Positions 32,298 through 41,854 of a stretch of DNA of 64,000 nucleotides are shown here, one piece after another. The notes beneath the pieces are model-generated. The model ran no database searches, was not told the DNA's origin, and worked only from the letters and a program-made list of their open reading frames with translations. Positions within the stretch are counted from its first letter, which is position 1, and each line of letters begins with the position of its first letter. Position numbers and translations under genes: made by a program. This stretch comes from an uncultured Gemmatimonadaceae bacterium (GTDB lineage: Bacteria > Gemmatimonadota > Gemmatimonadetes > Gemmatimonadales > Gemmatimonadaceae): the NCBI GenBank assembly GCA_963790305.1, contig CAWBOC010000003.1, positions 64,001 through 128,000 of the forward strand, in the 5' to 3' direction.

Positions 32298-33860
32298 ATG
32301 CCGAATCAACGTCGGCGCCCGGTGGTGCTCGTCGTCCTCGACGGGTGGGGGTATCGCACCGAGCGCGAGGGGAACGCCATCGCGCTCGCGCGCACACCGA
32401 CCTGGGAGGCGCTCTGGGCACGCGCACCGCGCGCCCTCATTGAGGCATCGGGCCTCGCCGTTGGACTGCCCGAAGGGCAAATGGGCAACAGTGAGGTCGG
32501 CCACCTGAACCTTGGCGCCGGCCGCGTAGTCCCCACCGATCTCGTGCGTATCTCGCTCGCCATCCGGGATGGCTCCCTTTTCGAGAACCCGGTGCTGAAG
32601 GCCTTGTGCCGAGAGGTGCGAGAGCGCGGAACGACCTTGCATTTGTGCGGACTCATCGGGAACGGCGGCGTGCACGCCGTCGATGAGCATCTCTTCGGTC
32701 TGTTCGACCTCGTGCAACGCGAGCGTCTGCCCAGGGTGGCGCTGCACGCGCTGCTCGACGGCCGTGACACGCTCCCGCGATCGGCGCTGGAGTTCATGCG
32801 AGAGACCGTCGAGCGCTCGCGCGGTCGCGCGGAGGTCGCCACGTTCGGCGGGCGCTATTACGGCATGGATCGCGACAAGCGGTGGCCGCGCACCGAGCTA
32901 TGGTATCGCGCGATGGTTCGTGGCGAAGGCGCACGCGCCACGGACCCGGTCGAGGCGATTCGTGAGGCGTACGACCGCGGCGAGAGCGATGAGTTCATCA
33001 AGCCGGTGGTCATCGAGCGCGGTGGACAGCCGGTGACGCGCGTCCGTGACGGGGATGGTCTGTTTCTGTTCAACTTTCGCGCAGATCGCATGCGGCAGAT
33101 CGTGCGCGCCTTCATCGAGCACGGCTTCGACGGATTCGATGTCAGCGATCGTCCACGCGTGAGCATCGCCAGCATGACGATGTACGACGAGACGTTCACG
33201 ATCCCCGTCGCCTTTCCGCCATTCGTGCTGTCGCGCATCGTCGCCGAAGTGCTCAGCGAGCATGGCAAGACAATGTTCCGCACCGCGGAGACGGAGAAAT
33301 ACGCGCACGTGACATATTTTTTCAACGGCGGGTTCGAGACGCCATATCCGGGGGAGGAGCGTCTCCTCGTTCCGAGTCAGAAGGTGGCGACCTACGATCT
33401 GGCACCACGGATGAGCGCCCCCGGTGTCACGGACGTGCTCTGTAATGCGATCGAGCAGCGCGAGCACGATTTCATCTTGTGCAACTATGCGAACGGGGAC
33501 ATGGTGGGCCACTCCGGCGTGCTGAGCGCTGGAGTGACGGCGGTGGAAACGGTCAATGAATGCCTCGCGCGTGTACTGGCGTCGGCGGAGCGGGCCGGTG
33601 CGCGCGTCATCGTGACGGCGGACCATGGCAATTGCGAGATGATGATCGACCCCGCGACCGGCGGTCCGCACACGGCGCACACGACGAACCCGGTACCGAT
33701 CGTGATCGTGGATCCCGATGGCGACCGCCCGCTGCGGTCGGGCGGCGCGCTCCAGGACGTTGGGCCAACGGTGCTCGCGATGCTCGACGTCCAGAAGCCG
33801 CCGGAGATGTCGGGTGTCGATCTGCGGGCTGCGTGTGCGGTGACAGTTGGAACTACCTGA
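32298..33860 (+). CDS. gpmI: 2,3-bisphosphoglycerate-independent phosphoglycerate mutase
   Basis: LVVLDGWG, GQMGNSEVGH, NFRADR, AETEKYAHVTYFF, DMVGHSG, TADHGN, HTAHT. Confidence 0.98.
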   Translation: MPNQRRRPVVLVVLDGWGYRTEREGNAIALARTPTWEALWARAPRALIEASGLAVGLPEGQMGNSEVGHLNLGAGRVVPTDLVRISLAIRDGSLFENPVLKALCREVRERGTTLHLCGLIGNGGVHAVDEHLFGLFDLVQRERLPRVALHALLDGRDTLPRSALEFMRETVERSRGRAEVATFGGRYYGMDRDKRWPRTELWYRAMVRGEGARATDPVEAIREAYDRGESDEFIKPVVIERGGQPVTRVRDGDGLFLFNFRADRMRQIVRAFIEHGFDGFDVSDRPRVSIASMTMYDETFTIPVAFPPFVLSRIVAEVLSEHGKTMFRTAETEKYAHVTYFFNGGFETPYPGEERLLVPSQKVATYDLAPRMSAPGVTDVLCNAIEQREHDFILCNYANGDMVGHSGVLSAGVTAVETVNECLARVLASAERAGARVIVTADHGNCEMMIDPATGGPHTAHTTNPVPIVIVDPDGDRPLRSGGALQDVGPTVLAMLDVQKPPEMSGVDLRAACAVTVGTT

Positions 33861-33934
33861 CGAACTGCAATTCGCAGCAGTTGTAGAAACCGGATCACCG
33901 ACTGAGATTCAAGACGTCCTCAAGGAGCCCCGTA

Positions 33935-34618
33935 GTGAATAGATTCGTGCTCGCAATCCTGATGCTCACGCCCGCGGCGATGAACGCGCAGGTGGGGCAT
34001 CTTCCGCAGGAGAGTCCCTTCGAGGACACGCCCTACCGCCAGGAGCTCACTTCCTACTCCGGCTGGTACAGCGGGGCAAAGGGTTCGGCGGGAGTGGGTC
34101 CGCAGGCGGGACCCATCGTCGGGCTGCGCTATGAGATTCGCATTGGCGGACCGGCGTACTTCAGCGTGCATGCCGGTCACGCGTTCTCGAAGCGGGACGT
34201 CATCGACCCGCTCAACCCACCAGCAACGCGCCACCTCGGCACGAAAGACGTGTCGCTCGTGCTCCTCAATGCCGGGCTCACGGTGAATCTCACCGGGCAG
34301 AAGAGCTGGCATGGCCTGATTCCGTTCACGCGCTTCGGCGTTGGGGTTGCCGCGAACGTCGCGAGTCGCACCGATCCCGCGAACTTCACGATCGGCACTC
34401 CCTTTGCACTCGTCCTCGGCACCGGCGTTCGATGGGTGCCGGGCGGGCGCTGGCAGTTTCGGTTCGATGCCGGCGATCACCTTTTCCGCCTGAATTACCC
34501 GTCGACGTATGGGTCGATTCCCCAGGGCGGCGGAGATCCAGTGCTGGCGGGAAAGACCTCGGAATGGAGGCACAACGGCGTGTTCACGCTCGGCGCGTCG
34601 TACGTCATCTCTCGATAG
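33935..34618 (+). CDS. Putative outer-membrane beta-barrel protein
   Basis: Signal peptide, alternating beta strands, C-terminal FTLGASY. Confidence 0.7.
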   Translation: MNRFVLAILMLTPAAMNAQVGHLPQESPFEDTPYRQELTSYSGWYSGAKGSAGVGPQAGPIVGLRYEIRIGGPAYFSVHAGHAFSKRDVIDPLNPPATRHLGTKDVSLVLLNAGLTVNLTGQKSWHGLIPFTRFGVGVAANVASRTDPANFTIGTPFALVLGTGVRWVPGGRWQFRFDAGDHLFRLNYPSTYGSIPQGGGDPVLAGKTSEWRHNGVFTLGASYVISR

Positions 34619-34631
34619 GCAGGAGCGATCC

Positions 34632-35129
34632 ATGGCGCGCGATTTCGAGGACATCTTCCGGCTCGACGACCTCAGCGATGAGGAGCTGCGCGCGCTGGTG
34701 CGGGATCAGCTCGCCGAGTACGAGACGGTCGACGCCGACAACATCCTCGTCACCGCGGCGAATGGCGAAGTCGTGCTGGCGGGCCGCGTCGGAACCGAGG
34801 AAGAGCGCCGTGTCGCCGAGCGAATTCTCGCCGACGTGATCGGGCTGAAGCGCTATCGCAACGATCTCGTCGTCGACGAGATCCGCCGCGATGAGGAGCC
34901 CGAGGCTGTCGACGAGCACCTCGCCAATGTGAGCGAAGGCAGCGGCGAGCCACTCGGCGTGCCTCTGGAGAACGTGGACGATGAGGCCGAGCACCTCGAG
35001 GAGGACCTGAACGCGCGCATGTTCGGGACGCACGACGTGCAGTCGGCCATCGAGCGCGGAACGGCGTGGAACCCGCCTGACGAGCCGACGCCAGAGGGGT
35101 TCGAGCCCGATCAGCGGGGAGAGCTGTAG
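34632..35129 (+). CDS. BON domain protein with acidic tail
   Basis: SDEELRALV...ILVTAANGEVVLAGRV...DVIGL...NDLVV; AGGAG RBS. Confidence 0.85.
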   Translation: MARDFEDIFRLDDLSDEELRALVRDQLAEYETVDADNILVTAANGEVVLAGRVGTEEERRVAERILADVIGLKRYRNDLVVDEIRRDEEPEAVDEHLANVSEGSGEPLGVPLENVDDEAEHLEEDLNARMFGTHDVQSAIERGTAWNPPDEPTPEGFEPDQRGEL

Positions 35130-35133
35130 CACG

Positions 35134-35261
35134 CTAGGGGTCAGGAGTCAGGAGTCAGGGATCAGGGGGGTCAGGGATGAGGTTTCAGGAGACGCGCGAA
35201 GCCTTCTCCTCACACCTTCGCCCCGACACCCCCTGATCCCTGACTCCTGACTCCTGACCCC
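35134..35261. repeat. Inverted pair of TCAGGAG heptamer arrays (copy 2)
   Basis: 33-bp perfect inverted repeat (35137-35169 and 35229-35261). Bases 35134-35169 are the exact reverse complement of 14011-14046. Confidence 0.92.
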
Positions 35262-35298
35262 GTGTTGCCCGGCGCTCGCTCTCCATGCACCTTGCAAC

Positions 35299-36018
35299 AT
35301 GACCCTTCCGCAATCTCTCGACGCGGTTGAAGAGTCCCCCGTGTGGCTCGAGGTGAACGGCGCGCCGGCCGTCACCTGGATGTGCACGCCGGCGCAGCTC
35401 GATGAGCTCGTCGTCGGGTGGCTGCATGGCGAAGGATACATCGAGTTGGCGAGCGACCTGATCTCGCTCCGACCGTGTGCGAAAGAGCTGGGTTTTTGGG
35501 CGCAAGTTCCGCCGGAGCGGTACAACGATGTCGAGTCGGCCGACCGACGACGCGTGCTCGCCTCCGGATGCGGAGCGGTCACCACCATTCTCGGCTCGCT
35601 CAGCTCCCTGCCCCGCCGCACCGTCACGGCTCCCGACCTCGATCTCGCGCGCACGCGCGCGCTCTTCAAGGAGCTGTTCGCGCGCGGCGAGCGCTACAAG
35701 GATACCGGTGGCATCCACGCCGCGGCGCTCACCAATGGCGAGCAGCTCCTCCACCACGCGGAAGACATCGGGCGGCACAATGCGGTCGACAAGGTGATTG
35801 GAGCAGCGCTCCTCGACGCGCGGACGCTCGAAGGTCTTACGCTGCTCGTGACCGGACGCATCTCCGGCGAGCTCGCGTTCAAGGCGGCGCGGGCGCGGCT
35901 GGGCGCGGTCGCGACCCCGTCGGTGCCATCGACGCTGGCGGTCGACATCGCACGCAGCGCCGGAACGCTTCTCATCGGGCGGGCGGTGAGTGGACAGCCG
36001 CAATTCCATCGGCCGTGA
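35299..36018 (+). CDS. fdhD: Formate dehydrogenase accessory sulfurtransferase FdhD
   Basis: EESPV, MCTP, SGCG, TGGIHAAAL, EDIGRHNAVDKVIG, TGRISGE. Confidence 0.93.
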   Translation: MTLPQSLDAVEESPVWLEVNGAPAVTWMCTPAQLDELVVGWLHGEGYIELASDLISLRPCAKELGFWAQVPPERYNDVESADRRRVLASGCGAVTTILGSLSSLPRRTVTAPDLDLARTRALFKELFARGERYKDTGGIHAAALTNGEQLLHHAEDIGRHNAVDKVIGAALLDARTLEGLTLLVTGRISGELAFKAARARLGAVATPSVPSTLAVDIARSAGTLLIGRAVSGQPQFHRP

Positions 36019-36638
36019 TCGGATGCACCGGCGTCATCCTCGCCGGGGGAGCGGCGTCGCGGTACGGGGGACGTCCCAAGGGGCTCGAGAGGGTCGGCGG
36101 ATTGAGAGTGATCGATCGGGTGGCGGAGTCCCTCCGCGGAGCAGCCGACACGTTACTCCTGATCGCCAACGATCCAGCCGCGCGCGACTGGCTCCCCAAT
36201 GTCCCGATCGCCGCCAATGTGCGGACGAATTGCGGCAGCCTCGGAGGTATCCACGCCGCGATCGTCCACGCCGGACAACCGGTGCTCGTCGTCGCCTGGG
36301 ACATGCCGTTTGTTCCGGCACCGCTCCTGCGAGCGCTGCGCGACGCCGGCGCTCGCGCGGATGCGGCCCTTCCCGAGAGCGGCTCGCGGCGCGGCGTCGA
36401 GCCGTTATGCGCATACTACGCACCGACGTGTGTCCCGGCGATCGAGCGCAGGCTGGACGCGAAGGACATGCGCGTCATCTCCTTCTTCGAGGATGTGCGC
36501 GTCGAGCGGCTGCCCGAGCAGGAAGTTCGACGGTTCGGCGATCCGGCGGTCCTCTTCATGAACGTGAACACACCCAATGACCTCGCCCTCGCCGAACGGC
36601 ACGCCGCCAATGGTCTCCATCGTCGGGCGGAAGCATAG
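36015..36638 (+). CDS. mobA: Molybdenum cofactor guanylyltransferase
   Basis: GVILAGGAASRYGG.PKG, GSLGGI, AWDMPF, EPLCAYY, FMNVNTP. Confidence 0.93.
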   Translation: MIGCTGVILAGGAASRYGGRPKGLERVGGLRVIDRVAESLRGAADTLLLIANDPAARDWLPNVPIAANVRTNCGSLGGIHAAIVHAGQPVLVVAWDMPFVPAPLLRALRDAGARADAALPESGSRRGVEPLCAYYAPTCVPAIERRLDAKDMRVISFFEDVRVERLPEQEVRRFGDPAVLFMNVNTPNDLALAERHAANGLHRRAEA

Positions 36639-37125
36639 CGGAAAGACGACGCTCGTCGTCCGGCTGGTGGCCGAGCTCGTCAGGCGCGGCCACCGCGTGA
36701 TGACGATCAAGCATGGCTCGCATACCTTCAATCTCGATCCGGCGGCGACCGATACCTACCGGCACTATCACGAGGGGAATGCCGAGAAGGTCGCGATGAT
36801 CTCGCCGGACAAGTTCGCGCTCGTTGAGCGCTGGAGCGACGAGCTGAGCCCTCAGGAGGTGGCGACTCGGCACATGGCCGACGCCGATGTCGTCATCTGC
36901 GAGGGGTTCACGCGGTTGGCGCTGCCCAAGATCGAGATCTTCCGCCGCGCGGCTCATGCGCAGCCACTGTGGGGCCCCGCGTCCGACGGCGCCGCGACCT
37001 GGCGGGCCGTCGTCACCGACGCCGATGACTTCCGCGCGCCCGTGCCTATCTTTCAGCTGAGCAATGCGCGGTGGCTCGAGGAGCTCGCCACCTTCGTCGA
37101 ACGTGAGCTGATGAATCGCCCATGA
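36577..37125 (+). CDS. mobB: Molybdopterin-guanine dinucleotide biosynthesis protein B
   Basis: SIVGRKHSGKTT, IKH, DTYRH, ICEGF, LPKIEIFR. Confidence 0.92.
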   Translation: MTSPSPNGTPPMVSIVGRKHSGKTTLVVRLVAELVRRGHRVMTIKHGSHTFNLDPAATDTYRHYHEGNAEKVAMISPDKFALVERWSDELSPQEVATRHMADADVVICEGFTRLALPKIEIFRRAAHAQPLWGPASDGAATWRAVVTDADDFRAPVPIFQLSNARWLEELATFVERELMNRP

Positions 37126-38630
37126 CCAGAGCCGTCATTCTTGCCGCCGCGGTACTCGCGGCGTGCGCGCCGACCGTGCCCCTCACCATTACACCGACTC
37201 CCGCGCGACAGCGTGCGGCCTTGCGATGGTGGCTCGACTCGGCCGTCGCCGCACCGGAGTTCCGCAGCGCGACCTGGGGCATCCTGGTCGTGGATCCGGA
37301 GCGTGGCGACACGGTCGTCAGCTACAACCCGGCCAAGCTCTTCATGCCGGCGTCCAACATGAAGATCATCACTGGCGCGGTCGCGTTGGCGCAGCTTGGT
37401 CCCGATTACCGATTCCGCACGACGCTCCTTGCGACCGGGCCGATCGTCGGCGGCAAGCTTCGCGGTGATCTCGTGATCGTCGGCCGCGGGGATCCCACCG
37501 CGAGCGACCACATGCGGGGCGACGCGATGCTCGCCATGCTCGAGCTCGCCGACTCCATCGCGGCCCGGGGTATCCTGCGGATCGAAGGACGTATCCGCGC
37601 CGAGGGCGACGCCTTCCCCGGCGCGATCTACGGCTATGGGTGGTCGTGGGACGAGGTCGACGAGCCGTATTCCGCCGGCGTCGATGAGCTGTACTTCAAC
37701 GAGGGATTTTCGCGCATCGTCATCCGCGGAGGAGCGTTCCCGGGTGAGCCGGTCACCGCCGCTGTGCTTCCGTCACGCGGCTACCCGCGCGTGCGTATCG
37801 ATGCTCGGACGGTTCCCGAGCCCGATTCCGGATTGACGGCAGGCGATGCGCTCGTCACTCCGCTGTCCATTCGTGTCGAGCGCGACTCCGCGCCGGGCAC
37901 GATCGTCGTTCGCGGCACGATCGCTCCGCACGACAGCCAAATGGTTCGTTTCGCGCATGCCGCGCCGCCGACCGCGTACATCACGGCCCTCAAGGAGGCG
38001 CTCGAAGCGCGAGGACTCTCGGTCGCGGAAAGTGATTCCGCATCGAACGGTACTCCAGGAGCCACGCTCGACACCATCGCGGTCGTTCTGTCTCCGCCGT
38101 TGCGCGAGATCATGCCGGTATTCGAGAAGCCGTCGCAGAATCAGATCGGGGAGATCCTGCTGCGAACGCTGGGGCTCGAGCGCACCGGCGTGGGCAGTCC
38201 GGACAGCGGGCGGGCCGTCATCGAGCGACAGCTTCTCGAGTGGGGCGCGACCCGCGACGGATTCATCGTGCGCGACGGTAGCGGGCTCTCGCGATACAAC
38301 TATCTGTCGCCGGAGACGATCGTGCGGGTGCTCGACGTCATGCGACGAGATACGGTGTTCCAGGTGTTCTACGACGCGCTGCCGATCGCCGGCGTCGATG
38401 GAACGCTGGCCAACCGCATGAAGGGGACTTACGCGGAGGCGAACGCGCGAGGGAAGACTGGATTCGTCGCCCAGGCTCGCTCGCTCTCCGGGTACGTGAC
38501 GTCGGCCGACGGCCGCCTGCTGATCTACAGCGTGCTGTGCAACAACTGGACGGTCCCTGTGCGCACGGTCGAGCGCATGCAGGACAGCCTCGTAGCCAGA
38601 CTGGCGGGCATGACGGCCGGCGCGCGTTAG
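37122..38630 (+). CDS. dacB: D-Ala-D-Ala carboxypeptidase/endopeptidase (PBP4, S13), lipoprotein
   Basis: Lipobox LAAC; PASNMK (SxxK), SQN (SxN), DGSGLSRYN, KTG. Confidence 0.95.
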   Translation: MTRAVILAAAVLAACAPTVPLTITPTPARQRAALRWWLDSAVAAPEFRSATWGILVVDPERGDTVVSYNPAKLFMPASNMKIITGAVALAQLGPDYRFRTTLLATGPIVGGKLRGDLVIVGRGDPTASDHMRGDAMLAMLELADSIAARGILRIEGRIRAEGDAFPGAIYGYGWSWDEVDEPYSAGVDELYFNEGFSRIVIRGGAFPGEPVTAAVLPSRGYPRVRIDARTVPEPDSGLTAGDALVTPLSIRVERDSAPGTIVVRGTIAPHDSQMVRFAHAAPPTAYITALKEALEARGLSVAESDSASNGTPGATLDTIAVVLSPPLREIMPVFEKPSQNQIGEILLRTLGLERTGVGSPDSGRAVIERQLLEWGATRDGFIVRDGSGLSRYNYLSPETIVRVLDVMRRDTVFQVFYDALPIAGVDGTLANRMKGTYAEANARGKTGFVAQARSLSGYVTSADGRLLIYSVLCNNWTVPVRTVERMQDSLVARLAGMTAGAR

Positions 38631-39881
38631 GTGCTGACGGTCGCGGAGGCGGTCGAGCGCATCCTCGCCGACGTCGTCCGCGGCCCGGTCGAGCCGGTAG
38701 CGCTCCCTGAGGCGGTGGGACGCGTGCTTGCGTCTCCGGCAATCTCGCCGATCACGATTCCCGCGTGGGACAACTCGGCCATGGATGGCTACGCCGTACA
38801 CGCGGCTGATGTCGAGCGCGCCACGGCGGACGCGCCGGTGACACTCCCGGTTCTCGAGACGATTGCGGCCGGTGGCTTCCCGAGTCGGCCGCTGCCACCG
38901 GGATCCGCCACGCGCATCATGACCGGCGCGCCCCTGCCAGAAGGAGCGGATACCGTCGTGCGCGTGGAGGACACCGACGCCGGTACGACGACCGTCAGCA
39001 TCCGCAATGCGCGCGATGCGCGCAAGAACATTCGCTACCGCGGCGAGGACATTCATGAGGGCGCGCGCGTCATGGAGCCGGGAACGGCCGTGCACGCGGC
39101 GCAGGTCGGCGTCCTCGCGTCCATCGGCCGCGCACAGGTCGACGTATACGCGCGACCACGGGTCGCGATCATGACGTCGGGGGACGAGCTCGTCGATCTC
39201 GATCAGTTCGACGAGGTGCGCGCCGGACGAAAGATCGTCAGCTCGAACAGCTACACCCTCGAGGCGCTCGTTCGAGCCGCGGGTGGGCTGCCCGTGTCAG
39301 TCGGAACTGCGCGCGATGACCCCGACGACATCCGCGCGCGACTCGATCGAGCCGCGGCGTGCGATCTCATCGTCACCTCGGCCGGCATCTCCGTGGGCGA
39401 GTTCGATCACCTGCGGCGGGTGCTCGATGGGATGGGCCTCGAGCTCAAGTTCTGGCGCGTCCGCATGCGTCCTGGGGCCCCGCTCGGGTTCGGTCTACTT
39501 CGCGGCAAGCCGTGGATTGGACTGCCGGGCAATCCGGTCTCGACGATGGTGACGTTCGATCTCTTCGTTCGCCCCGCCATTCGGAAGATGCTGGGCCACG
39601 AGCGGCTGTTTCGCCGGCCGGTCCGCGTCACGCTCGAGGAACCGGTCTCGATCGGTGCGCGGCTCACGCATTTTCTGCGCGCAACGGTGCGACCAGGAGC
39701 TGACGGCCAGCTCCTCGCGCGCCTAACGGGGCCGCAGGGGTCGGGCATCCTCACGTCAATGTCGAGGGCGGAAGCGTTGCTCATCATCCCCGAGGAGCGC
39801 TCCCGCGTCGAGGCGGGTGAGATCGTGCATGCCTTTCTGCTCACGGAGGACACGCAGCTCGCGGGCGCGTTCTCGATGTGA
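38631..39881 (+). CDS. moeA: Molybdopterin molybdotransferase
   Basis: NSAMDGYA, RIMTGAPLPEGADTVVRVED, TSGDEL, GLPGNPVS, QGSGILTS. Confidence 0.96.
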   Translation: MLTVAEAVERILADVVRGPVEPVALPEAVGRVLASPAISPITIPAWDNSAMDGYAVHAADVERATADAPVTLPVLETIAAGGFPSRPLPPGSATRIMTGAPLPEGADTVVRVEDTDAGTTTVSIRNARDARKNIRYRGEDIHEGARVMEPGTAVHAAQVGVLASIGRAQVDVYARPRVAIMTSGDELVDLDQFDEVRAGRKIVSSNSYTLEALVRAAGGLPVSVGTARDDPDDIRARLDRAAACDLIVTSAGISVGEFDHLRRVLDGMGLELKFWRVRMRPGAPLGFGLLRGKPWIGLPGNPVSTMVTFDLFVRPAIRKMLGHERLFRRPVRVTLEEPVSIGARLTHFLRATVRPGADGQLLARLTGPQGSGILTSMSRAEALLIIPEERSRVEAGEIVHAFLLTEDTQLAGAFSM

Positions 39882-40549
39882 AGGGCGCCGGCCTGGTCCG
39901 CGATCTCGAGACCCGCTTCGTCACGACGACGGTGGACGTGGACATCGCGAACGCATCGCTCTCGATTCTCAAGCCGCGCAACTCGGACGACCTCATCACC
40001 GAGGCCGACTACGTTCGGGACGAGCGGCTCCCCTACTGGGCGGATGTGTGGCCCTCCTCGCTGATTCTGGCCAAGCGCCTCGCGGATGAAACGGGCCGCC
40101 GCCGCTCGCTGCTCGAGCTGGGCTGCGGGCTCGGAATTGCCTCCATCACCGCGATGCGCTCGGGGTTTACGGTGATGGCAAGCGACTACTACGAGGACGC
40201 GCTCCATTTCACGCGCGCGAACGCGTGGCGGAACCTCCGTCGCGAGCCGGCGGCTCGAATGATCGACTGGCGGGCGCTCCCCAGCGACCTCGGCACGTAC
40301 GACATGATCGTCGCGGCGGACGTGCTCTACGAGATGACCTACGCCCAGCTCGTGGCCGACGCGCTGTCCACCGCGCTCGCGCCTGGGGGCACCGCGATCA
40401 TCGCCGATCCGGGGCGGGTCGCCGTGGACCAGTTCGTGGAAGCCTGTGAGTCGCGCGGCCTCACGAGGATCGAGCGCAACACCCGTCCCTTCGTCGAAGG
40501 TGCGATTCGCCAGAAGATCACGCTGTTCTCCATCCAGCGCGCCCGATAG
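39878..40549 (+). CDS. Class I SAM-dependent methyltransferase (Methyltransf_16-like)
   Basis: PYWADVWPSS, LELGCGLG, DW, AADVLYE, ADPGR. Confidence 0.88.
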   Translation: MKGAGLVRDLETRFVTTTVDVDIANASLSILKPRNSDDLITEADYVRDERLPYWADVWPSSLILAKRLADETGRRRSLLELGCGLGIASITAMRSGFTVMASDYYEDALHFTRANAWRNLRREPAARMIDWRALPSDLGTYDMIVAADVLYEMTYAQLVADALSTALAPGGTAIIADPGRVAVDQFVEACESRGLTRIERNTRPFVEGAIRQKITLFSIQRAR

Positions 40550-40690
40550 GCCATCAGCATTTCAATCGGAATCCGAACACCGTCATGACAACCGCGGCAC
40601 GAATACCGGGGTAAACAGGGAACATCCTGCTCGTTCCCTTGCGTTCCGGTACGAACGAATAATCGAGCACAGCCTCAGCGGAGATCTGGA

Positions 40691-41227
40691 ATGTCGTTCC
40701 TTTCACGGGCGCTCGTCATCACGACGCTCGCTTTGATGCCCGGCATCGCGCTCGCACAGGAGAGCACGCCGCGCATTCTGTCGCCTCGCGATACCACCTC
40801 GCAGACCATTGGGTCGGCTCAGCTCGTGGTGGACTACGGTCGGCCATCGAAGCGTCGTCGACAGATCTTCGGCAGCCTCGTCCCATATGACGCACTCTGG
40901 CGGACGGGCGCGAACGAGGCGACGCACCTGCGCACCGATCGTGATCTTGTCATTGGCACCCTTCGCGTCCCGCGCGGGACGTACACGCTCTGGACCATCC
41001 CCGCCCGCGACGGCTGGACACTGATCGTGAACCGTCAGACCGGCCAATGGGGAACGGACTACGACAAGACCCAGGACGTCGGTCGCACGCAAATGAAGGT
41101 CGCGACGCTGCGCGAACCGGTTGAGCGGTTCACGATCGCGATCGAGCCGACGCGAAACGGCGCCGGCGTGCTCGTCATGCGCTGGGATACGACGCAGGCG
41201 ACCGTTCCGATTCAGGTCGAGAAGTGA
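40691..41227 (+). CDS. DUF2911 family exported protein
   Basis: VDYGRPSKRRRQIFG.LVPY..WRTGANEAT, GQWGT.Y. Confidence 0.9.
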   Translation: MSFLSRALVITTLALMPGIALAQESTPRILSPRDTTSQTIGSAQLVVDYGRPSKRRRQIFGSLVPYDALWRTGANEATHLRTDRDLVIGTLRVPRGTYTLWTIPARDGWTLIVNRQTGQWGTDYDKTQDVGRTQMKVATLREPVERFTIAIEPTRNGAGVLVMRWDTTQATVPIQVEK

Positions 41228-41265
41228 TGCCGTGACGGCGCCCGCGGCGCCGTCGTCACCTCGGC

Positions 41266-41742
41266 GTGACCTTCAGCCCGAAGTACCTCGCCGAGGCAAT
41301 CGTACTCCTGGGCATCGCGTGGGCGGTGATCCGGTGGATCGGGCGTTCGCTGCTCGATATCTCCGGCGGGTCGCGCGACGCCGAGGGCCGTCGCTTTCTC
41401 GAGAGCGTGTGGCGACCACCGGCGACGAGCTCGGAGCAGTCGCTGTTCGCGCGCTCCGCGTCACGAGAGACCGCCGCGGCCGGGCGAGATGATCCGCGAT
41501 ACACCGACCGGCGGCGGGTTCTCGAGGTGACGTTTCGCGAGCTGCGCGCCGATGGTCCCATTGCCGAGCGAGCTACCGCCATGAGCGACGCCGAGCGTCA
41601 GGCGATCTACGATGATCTCGTGGCGCGCCTCGATGCGGGGGATGTCTCCGATGCGGAGCGCGCGTTTGCGTTGGCGGTGGCGATGAAGAGGCTAGGATTG
41701 CGGGGAGGCAAGGCGGCGGCCGAGGTGGTGAAAAAGCTCTGA
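41266..41742 (+). CDS. Hypothetical membrane-anchored protein
   Basis: ORF with an N-terminal hydrophobic segment that fills the gap between genes; no recognisable motif. Confidence 0.5.
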   Translation: MTFSPKYLAEAIVLLGIAWAVIRWIGRSLLDISGGSRDAEGRRFLESVWRPPATSSEQSLFARSASRETAAAGRDDPRYTDRRRVLEVTFRELRADGPIAERATAMSDAERQAIYDDLVARLDAGDVSDAERAFALAVAMKRLGLRGGKAAAEVVKKL

Positions 41743-41755
41743 TGCGCCAGGGTAG

Positions 41756-41854
41756 ACGGCATAACCACAGAGGCACAGAGGGCACGGAGAACGGCGAACT
41801 GCTGTTGAGCAGTCGCCGTTCTCCGTGCCCTCTGTGCCTCTGTGGTTATGCCGT
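41756..41854. repeat. Long palindrome built on CACAGAGG(G) repeats (copy 1)
   Basis: 42-bp perfect inverted repeat ACGGCATAACCACAGAGGCACAGAGGGCACGGAGAACGGCGA. Contains the TAA stop of the minus-strand gene. Confidence 0.95.
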
